Source: a virus
Strand: one strand, 5' to 3'
IMG/VR virus record: IMGVR_UViG_3300008448_000004
Coordinates: 96,001-160,000 of that record
DNA: 64,000 nucleotides
The translations under genes were made by a program, and so were the position numbers. A model generated the notes under the pieces. It worked only from the letters and a program-made list of their open reading frames with translations. It was not told the origin of the DNA and made no database searches. How positions within the stretch are numbered: position 1 is the first letter of the stretch; each line of letters opens with the position of its first letter. This document shows, piece by piece, positions 30,907 to 40,661 of the stretch.

Positions 30907-31641
30907 TTCTGTTCCGATTGGAATCTCTACGCCCTCCTCAACGTGTGTATCAGATTCGTAGTCAAACGTAAGAAGTACTTCTGGTTGAATTTCGGTAATA
31001 TGTTTTCTTAGAGCTCTTGAATCGGGTGCTAACATAACATCGACAAAGCCTCTAATTGCTTTTGGATCTCTGTCTCCATTTATCGATGTGATAATCTTTT
31101 TGAACCTGGTAGTTACTTCGCTAGATCCGTTAGGATTGACTTTTTTCATACCTTGAAGTTCTCTCTCAATATCTTTCTCATCTTTATGAGTTAGTAGTTT
31201 GAAAGTGACAATATTGCCGGTAGTAGGTAGTTTAAATTCAAACTCATTCACACCGGGAGTCTTAACTAAACTTCTATCGAGTTTCTTTTCTTTTAACTTT
31301 GTTAAGTCGACGGTGACTTTTTCTGAAGTTCCTGTAATAGGATTGTAGTAGTTAAAACTGTAATCTTTACCGTATCCTAGAATTCTTGCAGCAATCAGCA
31401 AAGCATTCTTATCTGTTATTAGTAGATCGTCAAAATTAATCTTAGTGACGATTAGAGATTGTAGTAGTTTATCTAGAACCGTGTTATTATTAATTAGATT
31501 AGCATTAGTAAGGATATCTTCCTCTTTTGCTGTCATATACTTCATTTCCAGTTTACCGCTAGATAAAGGGTTATCTTGGGGATATAAGAGTCCTTCGGAC
31601 GGTAGTTCAACTGTTTCGGTCGGTAACTTAAATTCGCTCAT
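30886..31641 (-). CDS. gp26-like baseplate hub assembly / tail chaperone
   Basis: VELPSEGLLYP, MKYMTAKEEDIL, DLLITDKNALLIAARILGYG. Confidence 0.8.
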   Translation of the reverse strand: MSEFKLPTETVELPSEGLLYPQDNPLSSGKLEMKYMTAKEEDILTNANLINNNTVLDKLLQSLIVTKINFDDLLITDKNALLIAARILGYGKDYSFNYYNPITGTSEKVTVDLTKLKEKKLDRSLVKTPGVNEFEFKLPTTGNIVTFKLLTHKDEKDIERELQGMKKVNPNGSSEVTTRFKKIITSINGDRDPKAIRGFVDVMLAPDSRALRKHITEIQPEVLLTFDYESDTHVEEGVEIPIGTEFFWPKS

Positions 31642-31670
31642 AGATTTTTATTTAGTAACTGTATTGTATA

Positions 31671-31678
31671 TATAAATA
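31671..31678 (-). promoter_or_regulatory. Putative late motif TATTTATA
   Basis: 29 nt upstream of ATG at 31641. Confidence 0.6.
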
Positions 31679-31698
31679 TGCCGGAGATTGATTTTCTA

Positions 31699-32262
31699 CT
31701 AGAAAACAGTCTTCAAGCTTCTAATAATTTTTTTATCCCATTTCTTAAGAACATTCTTGTAGAAGTAAGCTAAAGCATACGGTCCAGAATGTCCTAATTC
31801 TAAAGCAAAGCTCTTTATTTCAGCAGAGGTTAGTTCGATAAGAAGGATGTACTCGTCAAAAGTTGGATCGCCTTCTATATTATTTTTCTTATAATAGTCT
31901 CCTAAAGCTATTTCAGCAGTTAAGTCAAAGTATTTACCATTAGAAGAATTCCAAGCATGATCGAGAGGTACGTACCTGGAAGCTATTCCTTCGCAGTATT
32001 TAATGCCTGATCCGCCTGAGTACGCTGTGTAGAAAGAGTTGTCGTAGCACTGCTTAGTCTTGACTTTTAATATTTTGCTTTTTAACAAATCGTCTACGTC
32101 TTTAGCTACAGGTAGGGTTTTATAAGAAACAACTTTTATAGGTTTAGCTACTTCAGCTTTCCATTTAGCAAACTTTAATTGATCATTTTCAGCATCAAGC
32201 ATTTGAGAAAGCATTGTTGCTTCTCCGTCAAGATATCGTTTTAATTGGCTTTCTAGTAACAT
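31699..32262 (-). CDS. Putative transglutaminase/papain-fold protein
   Basis: QCYDNS...YCEG...HAWN...FDLT, a C-H-D triad pattern. Confidence 0.55.
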   Translation of the reverse strand: MLLESQLKRYLDGEATMLSQMLDAENDQLKFAKWKAEVAKPIKVVSYKTLPVAKDVDDLLKSKILKVKTKQCYDNSFYTAYSGGSGIKYCEGIASRYVPLDHAWNSSNGKYFDLTAEIALGDYYKKNNIEGDPTFDEYILLIELTSAEIKSFALELGHSGPYALAYFYKNVLKKWDKKIIRSLKTVF

Positions 32263-32266
32263 CGTA

Positions 32267-32274
32267 TATAAATA
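32267..32274 (-). promoter_or_regulatory. Putative late motif TATTTATA
   Basis: 4 nt upstream of ATG at 32262. Confidence 0.6.
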
Positions 32275-32281
32275 TTAAAAT

Positions 32282-32311
32282 AAAAAAATCTCTTGGGATT
32301 TCCAAGAGATT
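32282..32311 (-). terminator. Rho-independent terminator after tail tube gene
   Basis: 10-bp stem AATCTCTTGG/CCAAGAGATT, 5-nt loop, U-tract on minus strand. Confidence 0.85.
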
Positions 32312-32336
32312 CTTTAAAATAATTGCTAAGGTTATC

Positions 32337-32822
32337 TTAGAAGTTAAGTTCGCAGTAATCCATAGCGATTGTCATTTCGATCGTAATGTACTGATCGTTA
32401 GACCAATCGTATTCACCGAAGTTAGCTGATTTAACGTATGCGCCTCTGATCACCCATTCTCCTACGATATCACCTACAGGGCCTAAGATGTTTAGAGTGA
32501 CATTCTTTTTATAGAAGTCAGAATAACCATCTCTACCTGTGATTGATTCGTGAGATAGACGGATCCATTCCATTACAGTTTGGGCTCCAGAAGGGGTGAT
32601 AGGGTCGTAAAGCGATAGTGCCATATCCTGCCATTCAGCTTTGCCCTTAAGTTTACGGTATACGTTGATGTGATCGAGCTTGATATCAGTAAACTGTACT
32701 TGAGGTGAAGCAGCTTTCTTGATGAGGTATGTAGGGATACCATCGATGTACATTATGAAGCGGTTCTGAACCTTGGGTTCGAAGGCCGTATACATCAACT
32801 CATTTGGATCTATTAGTGGCAT
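32337..32822 (-). CDS. gp19: Tail tube protein
   Basis: EPKVQNRF, WQDMALSLYDP, MEWIRL, GDIVGEWVIRGAY, YDWS, MDYC. Confidence 0.92.
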   Translation of the reverse strand: MPLIDPNELMYTAFEPKVQNRFIMYIDGIPTYLIKKAASPQVQFTDIKLDHINVYRKLKGKAEWQDMALSLYDPITPSGAQTVMEWIRLSHESITGRDGYSDFYKKNVTLNILGPVGDIVGEWVIRGAYVKSANFGEYDWSNDQYITIEMTIAMDYCELNF

Positions 32823-32837
32823 ATTCTATTCGTTTAA

Positions 32838-32845
32838 TATAAATA
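32838..32845 (-). promoter_or_regulatory. Putative late motif TATTTATA
   Basis: 15 nt upstream of tube ATG. Confidence 0.6.
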
Positions 32846-32869
32846 TCGGTTTAATAAATTTTCTATAAC

Positions 32870-34663
32870 TTATTGACCAAATGTTGCTCCAGTTGGTAGA
32901 ATGTTGAAGTCAAGTATAATGAATTCAGCAGTTCTAGTTGGCTGTAAGTAGATAGCACCTACTAATTGGTTTCTATCGATTACATCTGGAGTGTTGTTTG
33001 TTTCATCCATTACAATTCTGTAAGAATATAGACCCTGTCTTTGTTGTACTGAATCTAAGTAAGGAGTCATTTGATTGACGAACTTAGTTCTTGTAGCAAC
33101 TGTGTTCTGCTCGAATAAGAAGTTTTCAGCAATTTGACCAATTTGTCTCTTAAGAGCAATTAATAGTCTTCTTACGTTTACTCTATCAAGAGCAGAAGGC
33201 TTAGTTTGTAAGGTCTTCTGACCATATACTACTGTACCTTGTCCAGGGAATATTGCAATTGGGTTTACTTTACCGTTGTAAAGGTTGTCTCTGTTAGACT
33301 TTGTTAATCTGTATTCAGGACCGATTACTGTTGGCAGTCCACCGCGGTTTAGACCTGCTGGTGCAAACCATTCTGCAGCAATCTTGTCGTTATATGCATA
33401 CACACCGGGGATGATAGTTGAAGCAGGAACCCAACGCATTTTACCTGTCTCGTTAGATCTTACTTGAACCCAAGGCCAGTATGTAGCGGCATAGCTAGTA
33501 TCGGCTACAGCTGCATTATTTACAGCGTTAGAAACACTTTGGTTTTTAGCTGTTGTGTCTAGTACTGCAATTGCATCACCTCTACCTTCGACGATTGTTA
33601 TTACATCTGCTAGGGTAGTTTCTGCATTTTGAATGGCTAGACCTGGAGCATAAATTACTTCGTAGTCGTACCAGTCTTTATTTTTAAGAAGACTGAAAGC
33701 TATATCGTAGTTACCTGGAACGAGTCCTTGTATGTTTTCAGTAGCGTTTGTTGAACCTTCAGGAACACCTGTTATGTTTTCAAACAGCTTTAACGCTTTA
33801 CCGCTAGTCTTTCCGCCGTATAGATCACCAGCTGAACCACTGAAAGATCCATTGTATGAACCTGAACCTATTTTAGGTATAGAGCCGGTTGCAGCTGAGT
33901 TTGCAGTTCCGTCATTGTTTAAGTATCCGGGCTGTGCATTAACGTAAGATACTCTCACGAAACGGCTCTTGTTAGCGTAAGATCCTGTAGAGAGTAACTG
34001 CCAATCGCCGTTCTCATCTTGAACAGGATACCAAGACATATTACCGATTTGGTATTCTATATAATTAGGTGTATTTGGATCTAAGCTTAAGTTAGACCAA
34101 GTCTCTAATACTGTTTTTTGTTTCTGGTAGTCATCACCTCTTCTGATCACAAGAGTGAAAAGTCCGTTCTCTTTATCTGAGTATGATACTTCCCATCTGA
34201 TATTATTCAATGAACCAGAAGGTAAATACCCCTCTGCTAGGCTTGCTGTTGCACCTTGGTAGTTGCTTTGGTCAACACCTAAAGCGAGTGTTTCTAATAT
34301 AAAAGAAACAACTCCAGAGCTTGTAGCTGGTACAGAAGCAGTTGCAGGTAGGTAACCTCCGTTAGGTATAGTTGCAATTGATCCTGAAACAACTCTTGTT
34401 ACAATCATAGTCTCACCTCCTTGTTGGAAGTAGTTATAAACTGCTAAAGAGGTTAGATATTCTTCGGTAGAGCTACCGGTTACAAATATAGATCCAAACT
34501 TGCTTGTAAAATCAGAATAAGAAGTTACTACAGTAGGGTAGTTAACCGGCCCTTTAACGGTAGGACCTACTAACGCGGCACCTGCTACTACAGGTCCTTG
34601 TGCTATTTGGGATAGGTCGTTTTCGTTTAGAAATACGCCGGGTGAGATTATTGCTTCTGCCAT
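32870..34663 (-). CDS. gp18: Contractile tail sheath protein
   Basis: SPGV, WFAPAGLNRG, VNPI, YGQKTL, DRVNVRRLL, FEQN, PTRTAEFI. Confidence 0.95.
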   Translation of the reverse strand: MAEAIISPGVFLNENDLSQIAQGPVVAGAALVGPTVKGPVNYPTVVTSYSDFTSKFGSIFVTGSSTEEYLTSLAVYNYFQQGGETMIVTRVVSGSIATIPNGGYLPATASVPATSSGVVSFILETLALGVDQSNYQGATASLAEGYLPSGSLNNIRWEVSYSDKENGLFTLVIRRGDDYQKQKTVLETWSNLSLDPNTPNYIEYQIGNMSWYPVQDENGDWQLLSTGSYANKSRFVRVSYVNAQPGYLNNDGTANSAATGSIPKIGSGSYNGSFSGSAGDLYGGKTSGKALKLFENITGVPEGSTNATENIQGLVPGNYDIAFSLLKNKDWYDYEVIYAPGLAIQNAETTLADVITIVEGRGDAIAVLDTTAKNQSVSNAVNNAAVADTSYAATYWPWVQVRSNETGKMRWVPASTIIPGVYAYNDKIAAEWFAPAGLNRGGLPTVIGPEYRLTKSNRDNLYNGKVNPIAIFPGQGTVVYGQKTLQTKPSALDRVNVRRLLIALKRQIGQIAENFLFEQNTVATRTKFVNQMTPYLDSVQQRQGLYSYRIVMDETNNTPDVIDRNQLVGAIYLQPTRTAEFIILDFNILPTGATFGQ

Positions 34664-34690
34664 AGTTTTTTAGATTAGTTAATTTCTAAT

Positions 34691-34698
34691 AATAAATA
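34691..34698 (-). promoter_or_regulatory. Putative late motif TATTTATT
   Basis: 27 nt upstream of sheath ATG. Confidence 0.55.
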
Positions 34699-34737
34699 GT
34701 ACACTTTTTTCGTAAAAAGTTATTCCTAAAATATTTA

Positions 34738-34986
34738 TTATGTTATTTTAGTTGCGGTTCCATCTTCGATATTTACAGAAACTGGTCCGTATTTCTTTAC
34801 TAGACTTTCTGAAGCAGATTCTTCCTCGATCATTAATTCTTGTAATTCTCCAAGGTAAGCTTGTTCTACTAAATTTAATCTAGCTTTTTGTACGGCGATT
34901 TCACCTAGATTCGCGACTAATTTTTCTGTTCTTTCTTTGATCTTTACTAGTTGATCAATTTCTTCTTGTAACAAGTTAATTTTCAT
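34738..34986 (-). CDS. Small coiled-coil protein
   Basis: LGEIAVQK...KKYGPVSVNIEDG. Confidence 0.65.
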   Translation of the reverse strand: MKINLLQEEIDQLVKIKERTEKLVANLGEIAVQKARLNLVEQAYLGELQELMIEEESASESLVKKYGPVSVNIEDGTATKIT

Positions 34987-35000
34987 AAACGTTTATATTT

Positions 35001-37292
35001 TTAAGATACTTGAGTTAGAGTTGCTATAATAGACGGCACTCCGGGTATATTCCCGTTTGCAGCAAGGTAAGCATAGGTTGTATTTGCACTGTTACTCTGA
35101 TATGCTATTTCTAAATAATCTCCAGCATTCAAAGAGTCTACAAAGTTCCATGCTGCAACGAGGCGATGATTCGAAGGCACAGTTACTACTGTAGCACTAT
35201 TAGGTATATTAGATCCGTTCTTCTTAAACCAGATATAGACATCAGCAGAGCCTGCTCCTTGAACAATTTGAGCTGAGAATTGAAGATTAAAGACGCCGGT
35301 ATCAGCTACTTGTATCCTCGTCGGTAACCCCATCTCATTATTTTCAATAGTAACTTCGTTACTGTAGTCTGTTGTATGATATTGAAAAGATCCAGACTGG
35401 TTAATTGAGCCGGACTGAGTTGTTAGATCGCTAAAAGCTCCGAAGTGTTTGCCTTGGAGACTGGAGCTTATGCTAGTTCCGTTTATGTAGAGTTGGTTGT
35501 TTCCTTCTACGTAAACACTACCGGTTATATGCAACGAACCAGTCATTTCGTGACGGTTATTTGCATCTAGGTGCAACTTCTTATTTGCTATTGAATCAAA
35601 TCCTCCTGCAAAGAACATTATAGGCATGTCAGAAGATGCATTACCTATGTGAAGATGTTCCCCTGTAGAATATATGTAAGCATCATTAGGACCCCCTACC
35701 ACGTTTGGAATATTATAAGTACTACTATTAATACCCATGTCAATATAGTACTCTGTTTCGCTTCCTATATCGTTTGTAGCAACTATATCACTAGAAGCTA
35801 CTACACTATCAGATAAATTTTGGATATTAATTTGAGAATAAGTAGCTACATTGCTTTCGGCTTGTATTATATTATAACTAGCGTTGTTAGCAGGTAATAC
35901 TCTTAGAGCAGGAACTGCAGTACTAACTTCAGAAGCAGTAGTACTTGTGTTAATACCTACTACTCCTTCAGGATGTATATACACTTTAGCATTAGCTTCG
36001 GTATCAAACCCTCCATTAAATATTATGACTGATTTATTAGGGGCAGCGTTACCTATTAGTAGATTACTTCCTGTTACGTAAAGGTATCCATCGTTAGGAC
36101 CTCCTACTACTCCAGAAGCACTATCAAAAGTACTACTGTTAATGCCCATATTTATGTAGTTACCTTCTTCGGTAGCTTCGTCATTTGCTGCAACTACATC
36201 GGCTGATGCGGTAGATCCACTGCTGTGGTTACATATTAGATTCTGCACATATCCGTCTACTTCTGCTAAAGAAGTTATTATATTATAAGAACCGGTATTG
36301 AGTTGTTGTACAATTAAAGCTTCAGGAGCAGCTGCTCCATGAGATGCAGATGTGTTTATTCCAATATAGTACCAATTCTCGCCGTCTACGATACTGGCTG
36401 TTTGCCAGATTGCGCTGTTAACTAGTGTAAATGTTTCATCTAGGTAGGGAATATGGTAAGGGTCTGCATCAATTCTAGGTATGTTAGAAGCTGTTACGTC
36501 TCCGAAAAATTGAATTGAACCGTAGACTGTGTGACCTGAACCGGTCACTTCTAGTGCGCCGGAAAGTATTAGATCACCGCTAGAGCTAATCTTCATCTTA
36601 ACTCTATCCTGTACATTAAAGCCGCCAACGAAGAAGTTTAAACTTCCGGTTGCACCTTCTCTAGCATTGCCTATATAGAATTCGTTTGCAAGAGAGTATA
36701 AGTAAGCATCACCGGCATTACCTATTCCTCCTTCTACAGAGTATCCCGAGTTATTAATACCGAGATCGACGTACATATCCGATTCTGAGCCGTTGTTAGC
36801 TGTAACAACTATATCACCGGATGCAAAACCGCCGGAGCTGAAATTCTTTACAGCGATTTGAAGATAGTTATCCGTATCTCCGAAAGCATCCATAATAGTA
36901 TAAGCGTCCGCGTCATTTTGAAATACATTTAGAGAAGCTGGTGCTCTTGATTCAGGTTCGTAACTACCTGTTGTGTTAATCGATACGTAGAGAAACTCTA
37001 CATCGTTAACTAAACTAGCTGTAACGTGTATCGGCGAGTTTGCCCAAAATCCCCCTACTGGGTCGTAGTAGGGAACGTGGTAAGGTTCGGTCTGTACCAG
37101 TGCTGGAGCAAAAGCAGAAGCAGTAACGTTTGTTAGATTTCTACCGTCTCCATAAAGGTATGAGCCAGAGATTGAACCTGATACTAGTATGTCAGCAGAG
37201 CTAGATGCTGCTAGAGCATTTATTACTCTGAGTATATGATCAGATTTGATTATTTTACCAGGTTCAATACCTGTTTTGCTTATAGTTGCCAT
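35001..37292 (-). CDS. Fibre-like structural protein with three beta-rich repeats and C-terminal C1q/TNF-like domain
   Basis: Repeats of ASxDIV...MGINxS...DAYLY...IGNA...FxGGF; C-terminal GVFNLQFSAQ...WFKKNG...GDYLEI. Confidence 0.7.
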   Translation of the reverse strand: MATISKTGIEPGKIIKSDHILRVINALAASSSADILVSGSISGSYLYGDGRNLTNVTASAFAPALVQTEPYHVPYYDPVGGFWANSPIHVTASLVNDVEFLYVSINTTGSYEPESRAPASLNVFQNDADAYTIMDAFGDTDNYLQIAVKNFSSGGFASGDIVVTANNGSESDMYVDLGINNSGYSVEGGIGNAGDAYLYSLANEFYIGNAREGATGSLNFFVGGFNVQDRVKMKISSSGDLILSGALEVTGSGHTVYGSIQFFGDVTASNIPRIDADPYHIPYLDETFTLVNSAIWQTASIVDGENWYYIGINTSASHGAAAPEALIVQQLNTGSYNIITSLAEVDGYVQNLICNHSSGSTASADVVAANDEATEEGNYINMGINSSTFDSASGVVGGPNDGYLYVTGSNLLIGNAAPNKSVIIFNGGFDTEANAKVYIHPEGVVGINTSTTASEVSTAVPALRVLPANNASYNIIQAESNVATYSQINIQNLSDSVVASSDIVATNDIGSETEYYIDMGINSSTYNIPNVVGGPNDAYIYSTGEHLHIGNASSDMPIMFFAGGFDSIANKKLHLDANNRHEMTGSLHITGSVYVEGNNQLYINGTSISSSLQGKHFGAFSDLTTQSGSINQSGSFQYHTTDYSNEVTIENNEMGLPTRIQVADTGVFNLQFSAQIVQGAGSADVYIWFKKNGSNIPNSATVVTVPSNHRLVAAWNFVDSLNAGDYLEIAYQSNSANTTYAYLAANGNIPGVPSIIATLTQVS

Positions 37293-37305
37293 GTTCTATA
37301 TTACT

Positions 37306-37313
37306 TATAAATA
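37306..37313 (-). promoter_or_regulatory. Putative late motif TATTTATA
   Basis: 13 nt upstream of ATG at 37292. Confidence 0.6.
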
Positions 37314-37314
37314 T

Positions 37315-38184
37315 TTAAGGTCTGCCGGTAACTATTTCAGGGTTGAAGATAACTTTGGTAAAGTTGTGGAACTTATTAGCCATCTTCGCTATTTCTGCAT
37401 TAACCGTATCTGGTATCAGGTATCCATTCAATGTCATATTAAAGCTGCTTTTTACAGCTCTATCTGCTCCCTCTTCTAGTATAGTTTGAGTAGAGAAGCT
37501 ATCTATTCTTGTTTTAAATTGAAATCTTTCCGGATCTCCCCAGTAGCTGTTTGAAGCAAAGTTAATTCCTTCTACAAGCTTATTCATCTGTTCAACAAAG
37601 TCTGTAAAAATAACGCAGGAATAGGTTATAGTAACGTAATCAGGTACGATTGCTAACATCCACTCTTCTTCCGGCTTTTGATTAGAGAGAAGGTAGAAGT
37701 TATCGTATATGTTTCTTCTGCTAAATTTTTTCTTCAACATAACAACATTATTGACAACGTTACCGTCCAGTTTATTCCCTAGTTCTCTGTTTTGTTCTAT
37801 AGTATCTCTCTTGTACATAATAAGAGGTACTAGTATCTTACCGTTACCGTCTCTATAAAATCCATCGGCTTGAACAGACTTCCATCTTTCAGGAGAACCG
37901 TAAATCACAGGTACGTTTATCTGTGTACTATTTTGAACAACTGTCAGTTTTAATCTATTGTCAAAATAAAACTGTATAGCTTCGTCTATATCCTTTATAC
38001 CGATTTTTGGAATTTTATCGGTATCGCCTTTCATTGATATCTCAAAAGCGCGATTAAATTCTGGTTGTCCGGGGTTGGTGGTATCTACGCCTCCTATACC
38101 GTTAGGATTTCCTATCTCTGTTAAAAATGGATTAACAAAGCTATCTAAAAAATCTCGCCTTTGAACTGGTGTAGGTTTTGCCAT
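37315..38184 (-). CDS. gp15-like tail terminator / sheath stabiliser
   Basis: VPVIYGSPERW, VPDYVTITY; position in neck block. Confidence 0.75.
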   Translation of the reverse strand: MAKPTPVQRRDFLDSFVNPFLTEIGNPNGIGGVDTTNPGQPEFNRAFEISMKGDTDKIPKIGIKDIDEAIQFYFDNRLKLTVVQNSTQINVPVIYGSPERWKSVQADGFYRDGNGKILVPLIMYKRDTIEQNRELGNKLDGNVVNNVVMLKKKFSRRNIYDNFYLLSNQKPEEEWMLAIVPDYVTITYSCVIFTDFVEQMNKLVEGINFASNSYWGDPERFQFKTRIDSFSTQTILEEGADRAVKSSFNMTLNGYLIPDTVNAEIAKMANKFHNFTKVIFNPEIVTGRP

Positions 38185-38187
38185 TTA

Positions 38188-38679
38188 TTACAGTCGTTGT
38201 TTTGTTATACCTAATTTGTCTCCACGTGTATAGTGTGTCTTTAGTATAACAGAGTAGTCGTTACCAAAATTCTCTAATCCGTCAGAATAAGAATAGGCAT
38301 TGTCTTTACCCATTATTAACTGATTTTCGTTTACATTATCTACTTCGTAGTATATTTCGTTGTACATAACAACATCGCCAATCTCAGGTATAACGTTTGC
38401 TTCAATCATATCATCTCTTAAGAACCTAAAAACAACATCTCTTTGAGTGTCGGGGCCAAATTCATCGACAGGAGCTGTAAAATCTCCTCTCTCAATTATG
38501 CAGTTAAATAGTATAGGTCCTATAAAAGTCTTACTTAGTGATTCGCCATATAAATTAGGCGTAGTATCAGGAAGAACTGTCTTGTAGTATCCTACCTGCT
38601 GGGAGATTACGTCGTTAACTAGCTCTTTTGAGATAATTTTAAACGTATCTATGTCTCTAAGTGATCCAAATATTGCCAT
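38188..38679 (-). CDS. gp14-like neck / head-completion protein
   Basis: Position after gp13-like gene; PEIGDVV...YYEVDNVNE. Confidence 0.7.
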   Translation of the reverse strand: MAIFGSLRDIDTFKIISKELVNDVISQQVGYYKTVLPDTTPNLYGESLSKTFIGPILFNCIIERGDFTAPVDEFGPDTQRDVVFRFLRDDMIEANVIPEIGDVVMYNEIYYEVDNVNENQLIMGKDNAYSYSDGLENFGNDYSVILKTHYTRGDKLGITKQRL

Positions 38680-38680
38680 C

Positions 38681-39889
38681 TTATCCTATAAATATAAACA
38701 TTGGTATATCTGTCAAAGTATTCTTCATAGCTGATGCTTCGGCTTGCTTTCTCTCTAACTGCGCTTGACGTGTTGTTCCGTCAAGATCTCCTCTTAGTTT
38801 CTCAATTAAAGCTACTTTTTCTGCTCTAGCATCTGTAAGTAAATCACTCTGATTTAGAGTAACTTCATCACCCGGTATAGGAATAGCGTTATACTTTCCT
38901 CTGATATAGCCTAGTATTTCTTTTGCTATAGCAGCAGCATATTCATAAATCCAGTATTTACCCGGGGCGTTAATTTCAGAATAAACAGGGTTCTCATAAG
39001 GAACATTTCCCATGTTAGTTATAAGGTTATTAGGCTGTGTTAACTGTCCAGTAGCAGGATCTATATAAGAATAAGGGCCTCTTAGTGGGTTTGTTTCATC
39101 AGATTTTTTACTATACTGAAACCATAGTCTACCTGCTCGGTAAGGATCCGTTACAGTGCCGGGTACTGGGAATATTTTTAACTGGTTGTTTATTAATTCG
39201 AAAGTAAATGTAGATCTTCTCACATAATCTGACATTTCAATAGCTTGTATTCTTTGAATATCCCAATATACGGGGAACATCATATACGATACAGCCGTTG
39301 AGTAAGATCCCCAGCCGAAAGTATCTAACAAGCCTTGGTAGTCAAAACCGGTGCCAGCGTATGGATCAAAGTAACGCACAATAGCAGGAGGAGCTTCGTA
39401 GAAGATTCTTCGTATTTTAATATTATCACCAAGTGCTAGAGAAGCAGAAGCTTGTGCCCAAGCATTCATATCGTATATTTGCTGTCCGCCTCTTAACATC
39501 ATAGATCCCGTATACCAAGGTACATTTCCTCCAACGCCTACCGCTTCACCATACACATCTGATAATTGTATTATACCTTGTATGCTTGGGGAGATTACGT
39601 TATTATTCAGCGGTGAACTATTGGGTGACCCTTCTAGAGAGAGGTAATTATCTCTAATCTTAAACAGGTATAATTCATTTCCATAAGTGGTTACAGCTTC
39701 TTCTAGAGCTGCGTAAAAGTTGATGTCTTGCAGCTCCACTTCCATGATAGGATACCCGAGCTTTCTTGCAGCAAAGTTAGCAAACTTAGGAGCATCAATT
39801 TGAAATTGAGCATCGCTGTCATAGAACCCGAAAGGGGTATTTCCTGCTACCGGAATTGGGGTGCCGTCGTATATTGGTTTATTCGCCAT
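38681..39889 (-). CDS. gp13-like neck protein
   Basis: ARKLGYPIMEVEL, AKEILGYIRGKY, GDEVTLN. Confidence 0.8.
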   Translation of the reverse strand: MANKPIYDGTPIPVAGNTPFGFYDSDAQFQIDAPKFANFAARKLGYPIMEVELQDINFYAALEEAVTTYGNELYLFKIRDNYLSLEGSPNSSPLNNNVISPSIQGIIQLSDVYGEAVGVGGNVPWYTGSMMLRGGQQIYDMNAWAQASASLALGDNIKIRRIFYEAPPAIVRYFDPYAGTGFDYQGLLDTFGWGSYSTAVSYMMFPVYWDIQRIQAIEMSDYVRRSTFTFELINNQLKIFPVPGTVTDPYRAGRLWFQYSKKSDETNPLRGPYSYIDPATGQLTQPNNLITNMGNVPYENPVYSEINAPGKYWIYEYAAAIAKEILGYIRGKYNAIPIPGDEVTLNQSDLLTDARAEKVALIEKLRGDLDGTTRQAQLERKQAEASAMKNTLTDIPMFIFIG

Positions 39890-39891
39890 TT

Positions 39892-40575
39892 TTAATTCCT
39901 ATGATCGTTGTATATTTTTAAAATATCTTCCACTATGGGATCTCTATGGTTAGTTCTTAGAGTTACAACTTTAAATCCTGGAACATCGTTGAAATTATCG
40001 CAGATAAATTTAAAACCAGATGCTTTTTTATCCTTTAAGTCTATTTGTGCAGTATCTCCACATACAACCATCTTGCTACCGGAACAGATTCTTCCTAATA
40101 ATAATTCCATTTGTCTATCAGTTATATTCTGTCCTTCATCTACTACAACAAAACAGTTACTAAGGTTTCTACCTCTCATGAACGCTAAAGGTATAACTTC
40201 GATTCTGCCTTCAGAAATCTCTTTATCTATTTTCTCCTTATTGTAGAGCCTATACATATTATCGTATATAGCTGCAGTATAGGGAGCTAGTTTAGCATCT
40301 TTATCTCCTGGTAGGAATCCTATTTCTTCTCCAGAAGTAACTGCCGGTCTAGTTAGTATAACTTTCTCAACATCGCGTTTAAACAGAGCATCAAGAGCGG
40401 CTTGTGCAGCTACCATTGATTTACCTGATCCAGCTGCTCCTTTCAAAACCGTTATTTTACTTTCTAATATAACGGCTTTAGCTTGTTTTTGTTCATCTGT
40501 AAGAGAAACTTGAAATCTAATAGGATTTTTAAGCTCTCTTTTCTTCTTTACAGCACCGTTTCCTTGCTCAGTCAT
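39892..40575 (-). CDS. phoH: PhoH-family ATPase
   Basis: GAAGSGKS, RGRNL, VDEGQN, GDTAQID. Confidence 0.93.
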   Translation of the reverse strand: MTEQGNGAVKKKRELKNPIRFQVSLTDEQKQAKAVILESKITVLKGAAGSGKSMVAAQAALDALFKRDVEKVILTRPAVTSGEEIGFLPGDKDAKLAPYTAAIYDNMYRLYNKEKIDKEISEGRIEVIPLAFMRGRNLSNCFVVVDEGQNITDRQMELLLGRICSGSKMVVCGDTAQIDLKDKKASGFKFICDNFNDVPGFKVVTLRTNHRDPIVEDILKIYNDHRN

Positions 40576-40588
40576 AAAACATCTTTGT

Positions 40589-40596
40589 TATAAATA
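40589..40596 (-). promoter_or_regulatory. Putative late motif TATTTATA
   Basis: 13 nt upstream of phoH ATG. Confidence 0.6.
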
Positions 40597-40612
40597 GTTA
40601 GAAAGTGACAAT

Positions 40613-40638
40613 AAAAAAGCCGGCTTTTTGAGCCGGCT
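40613..40638 (-). terminator. Rho-independent terminator after major capsid gene
   Basis: AGCCGGCT inverted pair with 5-nt loop followed by U6 on minus strand. Confidence 0.85.
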
Positions 40639-40661
40639 CTTTATATTTGGTTAACAATCTA

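Noticed and set aside
34701-34720. ACTTTTT-tcgt-AAAAAGT hairpin and similar AT-only stems (13195-13217, 43661-43680)
   Set aside because: Weak AT-rich stems expected by chance in this composition
39892-40575. phoH as a novel auxiliary gene
   Set aside because: Very common in large phages; only its late motif is of note
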